A stretch of 47,378 nt of DNA, from positions 1-47,378 of the forward strand of contig CAYMTD010000001.1 of NCBI GenBank assembly GCA_964393245.1. Reading direction: 5' to 3'. Positions 25,751 to 33,876 of the stretch are shown piece by piece. Below the pieces are notes generated by a model. The model saw only the letters and a program-made list of their open reading frames with translations. It was not told where the DNA came from and searched no databases. Position numbers and translations under genes: made by a program. The DNA comes from an uncultured Syntrophaceae bacterium (GTDB lineage Bacteria > Desulfobacterota > BSN033 > UBA1163). Every line of letters starts with the position of its first letter. Position 1 is the stretch's first letter.

Positions 25751-26860
25751 TTACCTCAAAATTGATTCGGGTCTCATCTCTTTAGGCCCGGTCGGTGACG
25801 GGATTCTCCATTCAATCTGCTTCTTGGTCCAATAGTCAATTCGCTCGCGGAGGAATTTAATCCAGCCTCTAATCTCATCCTCTTTATGCCCTTTACCAAC
25901 CATCTCCTTCACATAGCCATCCATTGCCGGCTCAGCAGCCTTCCTCCATCGGACTTCTTCTTCTGGTGAGAGTTCAATCAGTTCCACACCCTTGGACTTG
26001 GCAAACTCCAACCCTTCAAAGTCTATCGAATTCCACATCAGAGCATACCTCTCCCTGAATATTCCGCTGACCTCAGTGAAGACAGCTTGAATGTCAGGAG
26101 GCAGCTTTTTCCAGGTGTCCTTGTTCATTGCCACGTAAAAGGCGTAGACGCTGCCGACCTGCCAGGATACGGTCGTATATTTTACTACTTCAGCAAATCT
26201 GAAGGTCTTGAGCGTCTCGTAGGGGGTAAATACCCCGTCGTTCACACCCTTAGCTATCGCCTCGTAGACTTCCATCATGGGTGTGGGGGCTGGAGTTCCA
26301 CCCAGTGCCTTCATGACGTCACCGACTCGGCCTGGGGCTCTGATGATTAACCCTTTCAGGTCTTCCAGCTTTCGGACTGGCTTCTTACAGATGATAAGAC
26401 CGGGGTTACTGCTATTGAACCAGAGCGGATGCAGTACACCCCATTCCTTGGGTTTAAATTTTTGGTAAAAGTCATTCATGCAATGGGTAGCTACCCAAGC
26501 ACTGGGATAGCCGAGAGGCATATCACAGACCTCGGTTACGGGGAAGCGACCTGGGCTATATTCAACATGAGTATAGCCCATATCGGCGATTCCCTTAATG
26601 ATGCCATCGGCCATCGCTGGAGCAGTAAGTAATGTGCCACCGGGATAATAGGTGATCTTCACCCTTCCAGCCGTGCGCCTCTCTATTTCTTCAATAAATT
26701 CGTTCCCTATCAGAGTTTGTTTCGCGACAGGAGGGAAGTAGTTGGCAAATTTTAGGCTTATCACCTTAGGTTGAGCATAAGCGCCTCCGAAGGGTAAAAC
26801 AGCTACCGTGAGCCCCAAGCAAAGAATCCCTACCACAATCAATAGTCTCTTCTGTTCCAT
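25751..26860 (-). CDS. dctP: TRAP transporter substrate-binding protein (DctP family)
   Basis: 369 aa. Signal peptide MEQKRLLIVVGILCLGLTVAVLPFGGAYA. DctP-like body upstream of dctQM. Confidence 0.8.
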   Translation of the reverse strand: MEQKRLLIVVGILCLGLTVAVLPFGGAYAQPKVISLKFANYFPPVAKQTLIGNEFIEEIERRTAGRVKITYYPGGTLLTAPAMADGIIKGIADMGYTHVEYSPGRFPVTEVCDMPLGYPSAWVATHCMNDFYQKFKPKEWGVLHPLWFNSSNPGLIICKKPVRKLEDLKGLIIRAPGRVGDVMKALGGTPAPTPMMEVYEAIAKGVNDGVFTPYETLKTFRFAEVVKYTTVSWQVGSVYAFYVAMNKDTWKKLPPDIQAVFTEVSGIFRERYALMWNSIDFEGLEFAKSKGVELIELSPEEEVRWRKAAEPAMDGYVKEMVGKGHKEDEIRGWIKFLRERIDYWTKKQIEWRIPSPTGPKEMRPESILR

Positions 26861-27137
26861 CTTTAATACCTCCTTTCAAAATTGGGTTATCTCACAACAG
26901 CCCCATCACTGTTATGAGTTATCGTAACATACCCAATATCATTTCGTATTGTCAATCTTTTTATGAAAGACTAAACCTCTTTTTTACGTGATGGGAAAAG
27001 AGATGTTCCTTAGAGCCTTTGAGATCTTGCATTTTTTTTGAAAAAAGGATATTGAATAAACCGCGCTTTTATCTCTGTCTGAGCGACCCTCGCCCGCAAG
27101 GCGAGGGGGCAGAGTGATCTAATTCTGAAGTGAAGCA

Positions 27138-27878
27138 ATGAGACTCAAGGGTAAAAAGGCGATCGTAACCGGAGCAGGGCAGGGCATCGGTCGAAGCATC
27201 GCGCTGAAGATGGCTGAGGAAGGAGCAGATGTCGTCATTGCCGAGTGGAATCCTGAGACAGGGAATCAGACGAAGAAAGAAGTGGGGGCCTTAGGGAGGA
27301 GAGCCCTGTTGATGAAGGTCGATGTAGCGAATCAAAATCAGGTTCGGAACATGGTGAGCGAAGTATTGAAGACCTGGGGGAGGATCGATATTCTGGTCAA
27401 CAACGCAGGGTTCGATCGAGGCGCCACCCTTTTGAAAGTGAAGGAAGAAGATTGGGATGCTGTGTTGAATGTCCATTTGAAAGGAACCTTGAACTGCATC
27501 CAGGCTGTTGCCCCTCACATGATCGAAAACCGTTATGGTAAAATTATTAACATTTCTTCCATCTATGCAAAAAGCGGGGGGGTCGCGGCAATCAGTTACA
27601 GTGCCGCAAAGGCGGGGATCATTGGCCTCACAAAAAGCGTGGCCAGAGAACTGGGTCGTTACCAGATCAATGTGAATGTTGTTCTTCCAGGGTTGATTTT
27701 GACCCCCACCATTGCCAAGATGGCTGAGAAATATCGAAATATGATCATTGAGCGTACGCCTTTAGGACGCATTGGCCAGCCGGAGGAGGTGGCCAGTGTC
27801 GTGGCTTTTTTGGCATCGGACGAGGCAAGTTTTATGACAGGAGCCACCGTAGAAGTCTCGGGCGGATCGAGTATGTAG
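27138..27878 (+). CDS. short-chain dehydrogenase/reductase (FabG-like)
   Basis: TGAGQGIG, NNAG, YSAAK motifs. 246 aa. Confidence 0.85.
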   Translation: MRLKGKKAIVTGAGQGIGRSIALKMAEEGADVVIAEWNPETGNQTKKEVGALGRRALLMKVDVANQNQVRNMVSEVLKTWGRIDILVNNAGFDRGATLLKVKEEDWDAVLNVHLKGTLNCIQAVAPHMIENRYGKIINISSIYAKSGGVAAISYSAAKAGIIGLTKSVARELGRYQINVNVVLPGLILTPTIAKMAEKYRNMIIERTPLGRIGQPEEVASVVAFLASDEASFMTGATVEVSGGSSM

Positions 27879-28045
27879 GTCAATTTAGAGGGTAAGGTTG
27901 AGGTTTAGGCTAAGAAGGCCCTTAAGTAAGGAGTTGATATTGACAAAAGATTGTCGATATAACAAATGGCAATATTCAAAGAAATTGTAGGAGGCGGCCC
28001 TCTGTGGCCGCCTATCGGGAGGGCCTTTCCCAAAACGCCAGTAGA

Positions 28046-28144
28046 GATGCTGAAATGAATTCAGCATGACAACGGGAGGCTATTCTTCCTTGTCATCCCG
28101 AACCAGGTCCTGAATCAAGTTCAGGATCTAACGATTTCGGGATG
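28046..28144. repeat. hairpin-module repeat
   Basis: GATGCTGAAATGAATTCAGCATGAC and GTCATCCCGAACCAGGTCCTGAATCAAGTTCAGGATCTAACGATTTCGGGATG are the same modules as in 10617-10742, in permuted order. A third GCTGAAC..GTTCAGCAT module lies at about 35073-35096. Confidence 0.65.
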
Positions 28145-28230
28145 TGAGTTATTGGTGTCCCCTTCGGGGATGGTAAAAACCCCTCGCCTTCAAGGCGAGG
28201 GTAGTTCAGTTCTTATCCGCGGAGTAGATA

Positions 28231-29376
28231 ATGAATGATATCGAACAGATGAGAGAGGGTTGGAGAAAAAAGGCCAGGGAAGTGGCCAAGAATATTGTCG
28301 CCCCACGGGCAGCGGAGATCGATGCAACGGGAGAATTTGCCTGGGATATCGTCGACGTCTTCGCGCAGGAAGGATTTTTGAGCCTTATCATCCCGAAAGA
28401 ATATGGGGGAATGGATGGTGACATTACCTCCTTCTGCATGGTGGCCGAAGAGATGGCGATCTACTGCGCCTCCTCCTCACTCCTCGTAATCGTTCAAGCG
28501 GTTGGAACAATGCCTCTTGTCTTGGGAGGATCCGAGGAACTGAAGAAAAAGTTTCTACCGAAATTGTCCAAGGAGAAGGGTTTGATCTGTTTCTGCATTA
28601 CGGAACCTGAGGCAGGATCCGATGCGGCTTCGATCCGAACCAAAGCCATTCTGAGCGGCGACCACTATGTCCTGAACGGCAGGAAATGTTTTATCACGAA
28701 TGGTGGCGTCTCAGACCTTTACACGGTTTTTGCCGTGACGAGTCATGAAAAGAAGATGGAGGGGATCACAGGTTTTGTGATCGAAAAGGGGACACCGGGT
28801 CTTTCTGTTGGGAAGACAGAAGAAAAAATGGGAATCCGAGGCTCGAATACCACGGAAGTGGTCTTGGAAGATGTGAAGGTGCCAATCTCCCAACGGATCG
28901 GAGATGAGGGGGTGGGTTGGTGGCTTATGATGAGAACGTTGAATCGTTCGAGGCCAGCCATCGGTGCTCAGGCCGTGGGATTGGCACAAGGGGCTTTAAA
29001 CTATCTCGTTGAAAAAGGCAGAGAGAAGGGATGGTTTAGGAGCAAGAACGGGGCGTTAGGAGTTCAATCAAAGTTAGCCGAACTCGCCGTGGAGATTGAG
29101 GCCGCCAGAGCCTTGGTTTACAAATCTGCGAGAATGATGGACGAAAAGGTCAAAGGGACCCCGGTCCAGATGTTTTCAGCCATGTCGAAATACTTTGCCT
29201 CTGATATTGCCATGAAAGTAACGACCGAAGCCGTCCAGATCCTGGAATGGGAAGGACTCACGAGAAATCATCCGGTTGAACGAATGATGAGAGATGCAAA
29301 GGTGATCCAGATCTTCGAGGGAACAAATCAGGTTCAACGGATGGTAGTGGCCCACACGTTGCTCAAAGGAAGGTAA
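28231..29376 (+). CDS. acyl-CoA dehydrogenase (ACAD-4)
   Basis: 381 aa. CFCITEPEAGSD, FITNG, IQIFEGTNQVQ. Confidence 0.85.
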   Translation: MNDIEQMREGWRKKAREVAKNIVAPRAAEIDATGEFAWDIVDVFAQEGFLSLIIPKEYGGMDGDITSFCMVAEEMAIYCASSSLLVIVQAVGTMPLVLGGSEELKKKFLPKLSKEKGLICFCITEPEAGSDAASIRTKAILSGDHYVLNGRKCFITNGGVSDLYTVFAVTSHEKKMEGITGFVIEKGTPGLSVGKTEEKMGIRGSNTTEVVLEDVKVPISQRIGDEGVGWWLMMRTLNRSRPAIGAQAVGLAQGALNYLVEKGREKGWFRSKNGALGVQSKLAELAVEIEAARALVYKSARMMDEKVKGTPVQMFSAMSKYFASDIAMKVTTEAVQILEWEGLTRNHPVERMMRDAKVIQIFEGTNQVQRMVVAHTLLKGR

Positions 29377-29448
29377 ATTCGAGTCTGGGGGGAATGCCTG
29401 TCTGCCTCCGATCTTGCAGGCGAGCCTCCCGCATCCCACGATCTTTCT

Positions 29449-29464
29449 GTTCACTATTGTGAAC
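29449..29464. promoter_or_regulatory. operator-like palindrome S1 (GTTCAC TATT GTGAAC)
   Basis: Perfect 6-N4-6 inverted repeat. About 45 nt upstream of the -35 of the AOR2 promoter. Confidence 0.55.
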
Positions 29465-29505
29465 CCCACTCGCATAGGAAAATGGTTCAAAAATCAACCT
29501 TACCC

Positions 29506-29534
29506 TTGACAGATGGATAAATGTAGGATATTAG
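29506..29534 (+). promoter_or_regulatory. candidate promoter of the Zn-ribbon/AOR2/ferredoxin operon
   Basis: TTGACA (29506-29511), 17-nt spacer, TATTAG (29529-29534). Confidence 0.45.
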
Positions 29535-29566
29535 TTTGTTATGTCCAAGGTTCAGGATTACTGTCT

Positions 29567-29582
29567 GTTCAGTATTGTGAAC
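29567..29582. promoter_or_regulatory. operator-like palindrome S2 (GTTCAG TATT GTGAAC)
   Basis: One mismatch relative to S1. About 30 nt downstream of the putative -10, in the leader. Confidence 0.55.
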
Positions 29583-29652
29583 ATGATGGGTAGCGGGCGC
29601 GGTCCCGAAACCGAGCGATCATTGTTTCTTGGCATTAAGAAAGGGGGTTGTT

Positions 29653-29934
29653 ATGGGAAACGAGAAACAAGGCCTTTCAACAGCTGAATCCCTGCGTAAG
29701 ACTCGTACCTATGGCCAGGTGAGGTGCCATAATCCCAGTTGTATGGGAAGAATTACGCCAGAGCCCGGGGCAAAGCAAGTGAAATGTCCCCGTTGTGGTA
29801 TGGAATGGCGTATCGCCTGGGTCAAAGACGGTTTTCCCCGGATCAGAGGTCCCGTATGGGATGTGGACACAAGATTAGCACAAGAGGCATTTGAAAGAAA
29901 AATGAAGGAGGAAAGGAAAGATGGCCCTAAATAG
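29653..29934 (+). CDS. Zn-ribbon miniprotein (93 aa), unknown family
   Basis: SD AAGGGGG then ATG. Cys pairs CHNPSC and CPRC. Basic C-terminus. Its stop overlaps the AOR2 start by 14 nt (translational coupling). Confidence 0.55.
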   Translation: MGNEKQGLSTAESLRKTRTYGQVRCHNPSCMGRITPEPGAKQVKCPRCGMEWRIAWVKDGFPRIRGPVWDVDTRLAQEAFERKMKEERKDGPK

Positions 29935-31861
29935 GAAGATAGCGTACATTGATCTCACCACCGGCAAGATTGAAATCAAGCCTATTCCGATCGAAATCCG
30001 GAAAAAATTCCTGGGAGGCAGGGGGCTGGATGCCTACCTGCTTTACAATCATACGAAAAAAGCGTGTGACCCCCTTGGGCCTGACAATACCTTGATGGTG
30101 AGCGGTGGAATTTTAACTGCCACTTTGGCCTCGGCAACCTCCAGATGCCACGTGATGGCCAAATCTCCGTTGGGAGGGATGTTAGGAAGCTCTAACATGG
30201 GAGGTTTCTTTACTCCTGAGTTAGCCTGGGCAGGGTTTCATCATCTTGTCATCAAGGGCAAGGCGCAAAAACCTGTCTACCTGTGGATCCACAATGGGAA
30301 GATTGAGATCCGCGATGCAAAAAACATTTGGGGAAAAACGGTCACAGACACCCAATGGGCGATCCGAGAGGAGCTAGGGGATGAGGATATCAAGAGTTTG
30401 GTGATCGGTCCGGCGGGGGAAAATCTGGTAAGGTATGCGAATGTGATGACCGGAATCAAGAATTCTGGTGGAAGGACCGGGATGGGAGCAGTCATGGGCT
30501 CAAAAAATTTGAAGGCCGTTGCTGCCCGTGGCACCATGGATATAAAGATCGCCTATCCAAAAGAAGCACTCGAATACAACAAACGCTTTATTGATCAAAT
30601 TACAAGCGCGAAGGTCAACCAGACCCAGGGGGCCCTCGGAACCCCATTCATTTGGGGAGCGACCAACTCCTGGGGCGGGGTTCGAACCAGAAACTTCCAG
30701 TATAACCAGCAGCTCTATTGCGATGAAATCGAGCCGGAATCGATTGATGATAACGCTACAGAAACGATTGGGCCCTACCATATGACGGGTTGCTTCGGTT
30801 GCCAGGTCCACTGCCGGGCTAAGTATAAGATTCCGACCGGACCTTACGCAGGAAAGTATGATGAGGGTCCGGAGTATACTTCCCAGGGTGCTTTTTGCTC
30901 TGAACCAGATATCCCCAGCCTCGAAACCCTATTGACGGCGAATCACTTGGTCGATCAATGGGGGGTGGACAACCTCGAAATCGGAAGCCTCATCTCTTGG
31001 GCGATGGAGCTCTATGAGCTGGGAATTCTCACGAACAAGGAGACCGATGGCTTAGAATTGCGGTTTGGCAGTAGTGAGGCACTGCTGGAGATGATCGAAC
31101 GGATCTGCTTTAGAAAGGGCTGGTTGGGTGATACCTTGGCCGAGGGAGGGATTATTGCCTCTGAGAGAATTGGGAAAGATTCTTTTGACTACCTGATTCA
31201 GGTCAAAGGAGTGAGCAATCTTCACTCTGATGAGCGCGCAACCCCTGCCCTTGCTCTTAATATTGCTACCGCTTCGCGCGGCTCAGACCACTTAAGAAGT
31301 CGACCCGCAATTGATCTATACCATCTGCCCGTGGATGTGCTGAGGAAGATTTACAGTAGCCCGGTTCCCTATGACGGCCCGCTGAGTTCGGAGCATACGG
31401 AATACATCGGCAAGCCATGGCAGGTCTTTTGGCAAGAAAATTGTTATATGGGGGTGGATTGTCTTGGGATCTGTAAGTATCACACGACCTTCCTGGGTGC
31501 AACGCTTCCCAACTTTGAAGACTGGTCTAAAGTGCTTTATTACAATACCGGGCTGGAGCTTACCCCCCGGGAAATCTGGGAGGTTGCTGAGCGGTGCAAT
31601 ATGATGGAGCGGCTCTTCAACCTCCGTGAAGGTTTGAAACGGGAAGATCTTTACAGGGGTGATATGCTCAATCACCGATACTTTGATGAGCCCACCCGAA
31701 GAGGTGCGCCCGACGTTGTCGGCAGGGTGATCGATCGGGAAAAATTCAGGAAGATGGTCGACGAATTCTACGAATATAAGGGCCTTGACCAGAACGGCGT
31801 TCCGAAGCCAGAGACGCTCAAGAGGCTTGGCCTGGATAAGGAACCCTCCCACCTGCTGTAA
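29921..31861 (+). CDS. AOR-family tungstopterin enzyme, long form (AOR2; BamB/WOR5/AorB-like size class)
   Basis: 646 aa. AOR N-domain (FLGGRGLDAYL, KSPLGG), CFGCQVHC cluster motif, GPEY, SRGSDH, distal Cys in DCLGICKY. SD AGGAGG. No Tat signal. Confidence 0.88.
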   Translation: MALNRKIAYIDLTTGKIEIKPIPIEIRKKFLGGRGLDAYLLYNHTKKACDPLGPDNTLMVSGGILTATLASATSRCHVMAKSPLGGMLGSSNMGGFFTPELAWAGFHHLVIKGKAQKPVYLWIHNGKIEIRDAKNIWGKTVTDTQWAIREELGDEDIKSLVIGPAGENLVRYANVMTGIKNSGGRTGMGAVMGSKNLKAVAARGTMDIKIAYPKEALEYNKRFIDQITSAKVNQTQGALGTPFIWGATNSWGGVRTRNFQYNQQLYCDEIEPESIDDNATETIGPYHMTGCFGCQVHCRAKYKIPTGPYAGKYDEGPEYTSQGAFCSEPDIPSLETLLTANHLVDQWGVDNLEIGSLISWAMELYELGILTNKETDGLELRFGSSEALLEMIERICFRKGWLGDTLAEGGIIASERIGKDSFDYLIQVKGVSNLHSDERATPALALNIATASRGSDHLRSRPAIDLYHLPVDVLRKIYSSPVPYDGPLSSEHTEYIGKPWQVFWQENCYMGVDCLGICKYHTTFLGATLPNFEDWSKVLYYNTGLELTPREIWEVAERCNMMERLFNLREGLKREDLYRGDMLNHRYFDEPTRRGAPDVVGRVIDREKFRKMVDEFYEYKGLDQNGVPKPETLKRLGLDKEPSHLL

Positions 31862-31937
31862 CGATATCATCCCCACCGTTGCCATCCCCCCTTGAGGGGG
31901 AGGGGTGGGTGGGGGGTAACGAAAGGAGAACAAGTTA

Positions 31938-32447
31938 ATGGAACCGATGGGTAAAGTTCTTGCGATCAGTCCTGAAAAGTGCACCGGCTGCAGGCTCTGT
32001 GAGCTCGTCTGTTCGGTTTTCCATGATGGCGTATCCAATCCTGCTCGAAGCCGGATAAAAGTTATGAAATGGGAGTCAGAAGGGATCTATGTTCCGATGT
32101 CCTGTCAGCAGTGTCAGGATGCCCCCTGTATGATCGTTTGTCCTGTGAAGGCAATTACCCGCGACGAGTCACTCAGCCGGGTGGTGGTCAATCATGATAT
32201 CTGCATTGGCTGCCGTTCCTGTGTGGCGGTTTGCCCCTTTGGAGCAATGAATTTCAGCGTTATGGATCGAAAGAATTTTAAGTGCGATCTCTGTGACGGA
32301 GATCCGCAGTGCGTTCGTTTCTGTGAAGTTAAAGCAGTGGATTATGTGGATGCGGACCGGGTAAGTATTGCCAAGAAGAGGGCAGCGGCTGAAAAGATCA
32401 CTGCCGCTCAAAGGCAGGCGATCGCCTTAGAGTCAGAATCACGCTAA
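31938..32447 (+). CDS. four-cluster [4Fe-4S] ferredoxin subunit (BamC/AorA/DmsB-like, FCP-1)
   Basis: 169 aa with four Cys motifs: CTGCRLCELVC, CQQCQDAPCMIVCP, CIGCRSCVAVCP, CDLCDGDPQCVRFC. No signal peptide. Confidence 0.85.
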   Translation: MEPMGKVLAISPEKCTGCRLCELVCSVFHDGVSNPARSRIKVMKWESEGIYVPMSCQQCQDAPCMIVCPVKAITRDESLSRVVVNHDICIGCRSCVAVCPFGAMNFSVMDRKNFKCDLCDGDPQCVRFCEVKAVDYVDADRVSIAKKRAAAEKITAAQRQAIALESESR

Positions 32448-32533
32448 GGTGAATTAGTTTCGTCTGCGAATAGAAAGGTTTTGTAGGCGCAACCTTTAGG
32501 TTGCGTAATATCCAATGGTCTGCGATTTGTACA

Positions 32534-32562
32534 GGGGCTGGTTTGATGCCAGCCCCTTTTCT
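32534..32562 (+). terminator. intrinsic terminator of the AOR2 operon
   Basis: GGGGCTGG (32534-32541) / CCAGCCCC (32549-32556) followed by TTTTCTT. Confidence 0.65.
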
Positions 32563-32601
32563 TATGTCCTCCGTTTTCTAAATCCCAAGTTAGACAATTT
32601 T

Positions 32602-32736
32602 TGATGAAGTCGTAAAAAGTCGTCATTCCCGTGAAAACGGGAATCCAGGGAATTCTAACTACATGAAAATACTGGATTCCTGCTTCCGCAGGAATGACAA
32701 AAAATCCCTTTTCAGACTTTTTACGAAACCATCATT
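32602..32736. mobile_element. 135-bp MITE-like element, copy A
   Basis: Identical base for base to 45344-45478 by direct reading. Imperfect terminal inverted repeats TGATGAAGTCGTAAAAAGTC / GACTTTTTACGAAACCATCA. Internal hairpin GTCATTCCCGTGAAAACGGGAATCCAG ... CTGGATTCCTGCTTCCGCAGGAATGAC. Confidence 0.75.
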
Positions 32737-32847
32737 TTTTTAAAATCATTTGTAGCCGCAGGACTTCGGCGTGAGCTCAGTCGAACGCTTTAGCCTGCGT
32801 ATAAGACGCAACCTAAAGGTTGCGGCTACAGAGGTTCATGTGTCGTC

Positions 32848-33120
32848 TTATCCTCCTGCAAGCATCACAAGAAGGTTGATTTCGTCCCCATCCTTGACGG
32901 GTTTGGTGAGTTCATTGGGGTAGGCGGTTACATTATTTACAAAAATCTCAACGACATTGAGCAGTTTGTCCTTCTTGGCAAACAACGCCTTCTCCATCCC
33001 AGGGTACTGTTTGACCAATTGGTTCAGACACTCCCCAACCGTATTTCCCTCTACGATGACCATATCCTGGCCGTTGGTAAATCGGCGGTGTGTGATGTGA
33101 ATATGTACCTTGACAGGCAT
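32848..33120 (-). CDS. MoaD-family beta-grasp sulfur-carrier-like protein with C-terminal GG
   Basis: 90 aa ending ...KDGDEINLLVMLAGG*, a canonical MoaD/SAMP-type tail. Confidence 0.75.
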   Translation of the reverse strand: MPVKVHIHITHRRFTNGQDMVIVEGNTVGECLNQLVKQYPGMEKALFAKKDKLLNVVEIFVNNVTAYPNELTKPVKDGDEINLLVMLAGG

Positions 33121-33139
33121 GTCTTATTTTTTTCCATGG

Positions 33140-33167
33140 GTAGGGAACGCATATATGCGTTCCCTAC
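33140..33167. promoter_or_regulatory. perfect 28-bp palindrome between FCP-2 and the MoaD-like gene
   Basis: GTAGGGAACGCATA|TATGCGTTCCCTAC, 14-bp perfect arms with no loop. Confidence 0.5.
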
Positions 33168-33182
33168 AGAGGATTCCACTCG

Positions 33183-33668
33183 CTACCTCAACTGTTTTAT
33201 CGATTCGATAAATCTGTTGGCGGCTTCTCGCTTCTTGGTCACCTCAATCCTATCGGCATCGACATAAGTGACTGCCTTCGGTTCACAGAAGGCGACGCAC
33301 TTAGGATCCCCATCACAAAAGTCGCACTTCACCGTCACCCGATCCTGAACGTCAAAGAATGGGTGACCAAAAGGACAGGCGACGACACAAGTCCTGCACC
33401 CGATGCATAGATTTTTGTCGATCACTACCCGGTTATTGTTTTCGGGTTCCCGATGACAGGCCTTGGTCGGACAGACCTCAACGCAGTAGGCCTTTTCACA
33501 GTGATTGCAGATCATAGGAAGGTAGATCCCCACATGCTCCCATTTCACCACCCTGATACGGGACCGGCTCGGATTGCTTGCGCCAGTGTGCTGCACGGAA
33601 CAGACCAGCTCACAGAGGCGGCATCCGGTGCACTTTTGCTGATCGACCACTAATACCTTTTGCTCCAT
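33183..33668 (-). CDS. four-cluster [4Fe-4S] ferredoxin (FCP-2), paralogue of 31938..32447
   Basis: 161 aa. CTGCRLCELVC, CNHCEKAYCVEVCP, CIGCRTCVVACP, CDFCDGDPKCVAFC. Collinear with FCP-1 along its whole length. No signal peptide. Confidence 0.85.
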   Translation of the reverse strand: MEQKVLVVDQQKCTGCRLCELVCSVQHTGASNPSRSRIRVVKWEHVGIYLPMICNHCEKAYCVEVCPTKACHREPENNNRVVIDKNLCIGCRTCVVACPFGHPFFDVQDRVTVKCDFCDGDPKCVAFCEPKAVTYVDADRIEVTKKREAANRFIESIKQLR

Positions 33669-33724
33669 TTTAAGCCCCTTTTCCTATAAGGGTTGCGCGA
33701 GAGCGTGAGCCACAAGTGCAATCA

Positions 33725-33855
33725 AAATTCCAAGTTCCAAGCACCAAACTCCAAATAAATTCCAAGCACCAAATTAGAAAAGAAGAAAGTTTTGGTCGTT
33801 TGATGTTGGAATTTGGAGCTTATTTGGAAATTGGGATTTGGTGATTGGTGCTTCA
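33725..33855. repeat. low-complexity CCAAA/TTTGG giant hairpin, same family as 9406-9600
   Basis: ATTCCAAGTTCCAAGCACCAAACTCCAAATAAATTCCAAGCACCAAATT ... TTGGAATTTGGAGCTTATTTGGAAATTGGGATTTGGTGATTGGTGCTT. Confidence 0.65.
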
Positions 33856-33876
33856 TATCCTAATAAACCTTGATCT

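Larger units (their letters stand above)
32482..32830. repeat. composite region bounded by 25-nt inverted repeats and containing the 135-bp MITE
   Basis: TGTAGGCGCAACCTTTAGGTTGCGT (32482-32506) versus the reverse complement of 32806-32830 (TGTAGCCGCAACCTTTAGGTTGCGT), 24/25 identical. Each end is itself a hairpin. Confidence 0.6.

Noticed and set aside
29921-31861. Direct annotation of AOR2 as BamB (class II benzoyl-CoA reductase active-site subunit)
   Set aside because: Size, the FeS partner and pathway context fit. However, the protein keeps the EY and GSDH motifs I associate with aldehyde-oxidising AORs, and no BamDEFGHI genes are nearby. It cannot be decided without alignment or phylogeny, so the call stays at family level.
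31316-32038. 240-aa minus-strand ORF
   Set aside because: It is antisense to the 3' part of AOR2 and the start of FCP-1. It has no motifs, and the sense frames carry clear AOR and ferredoxin signatures.
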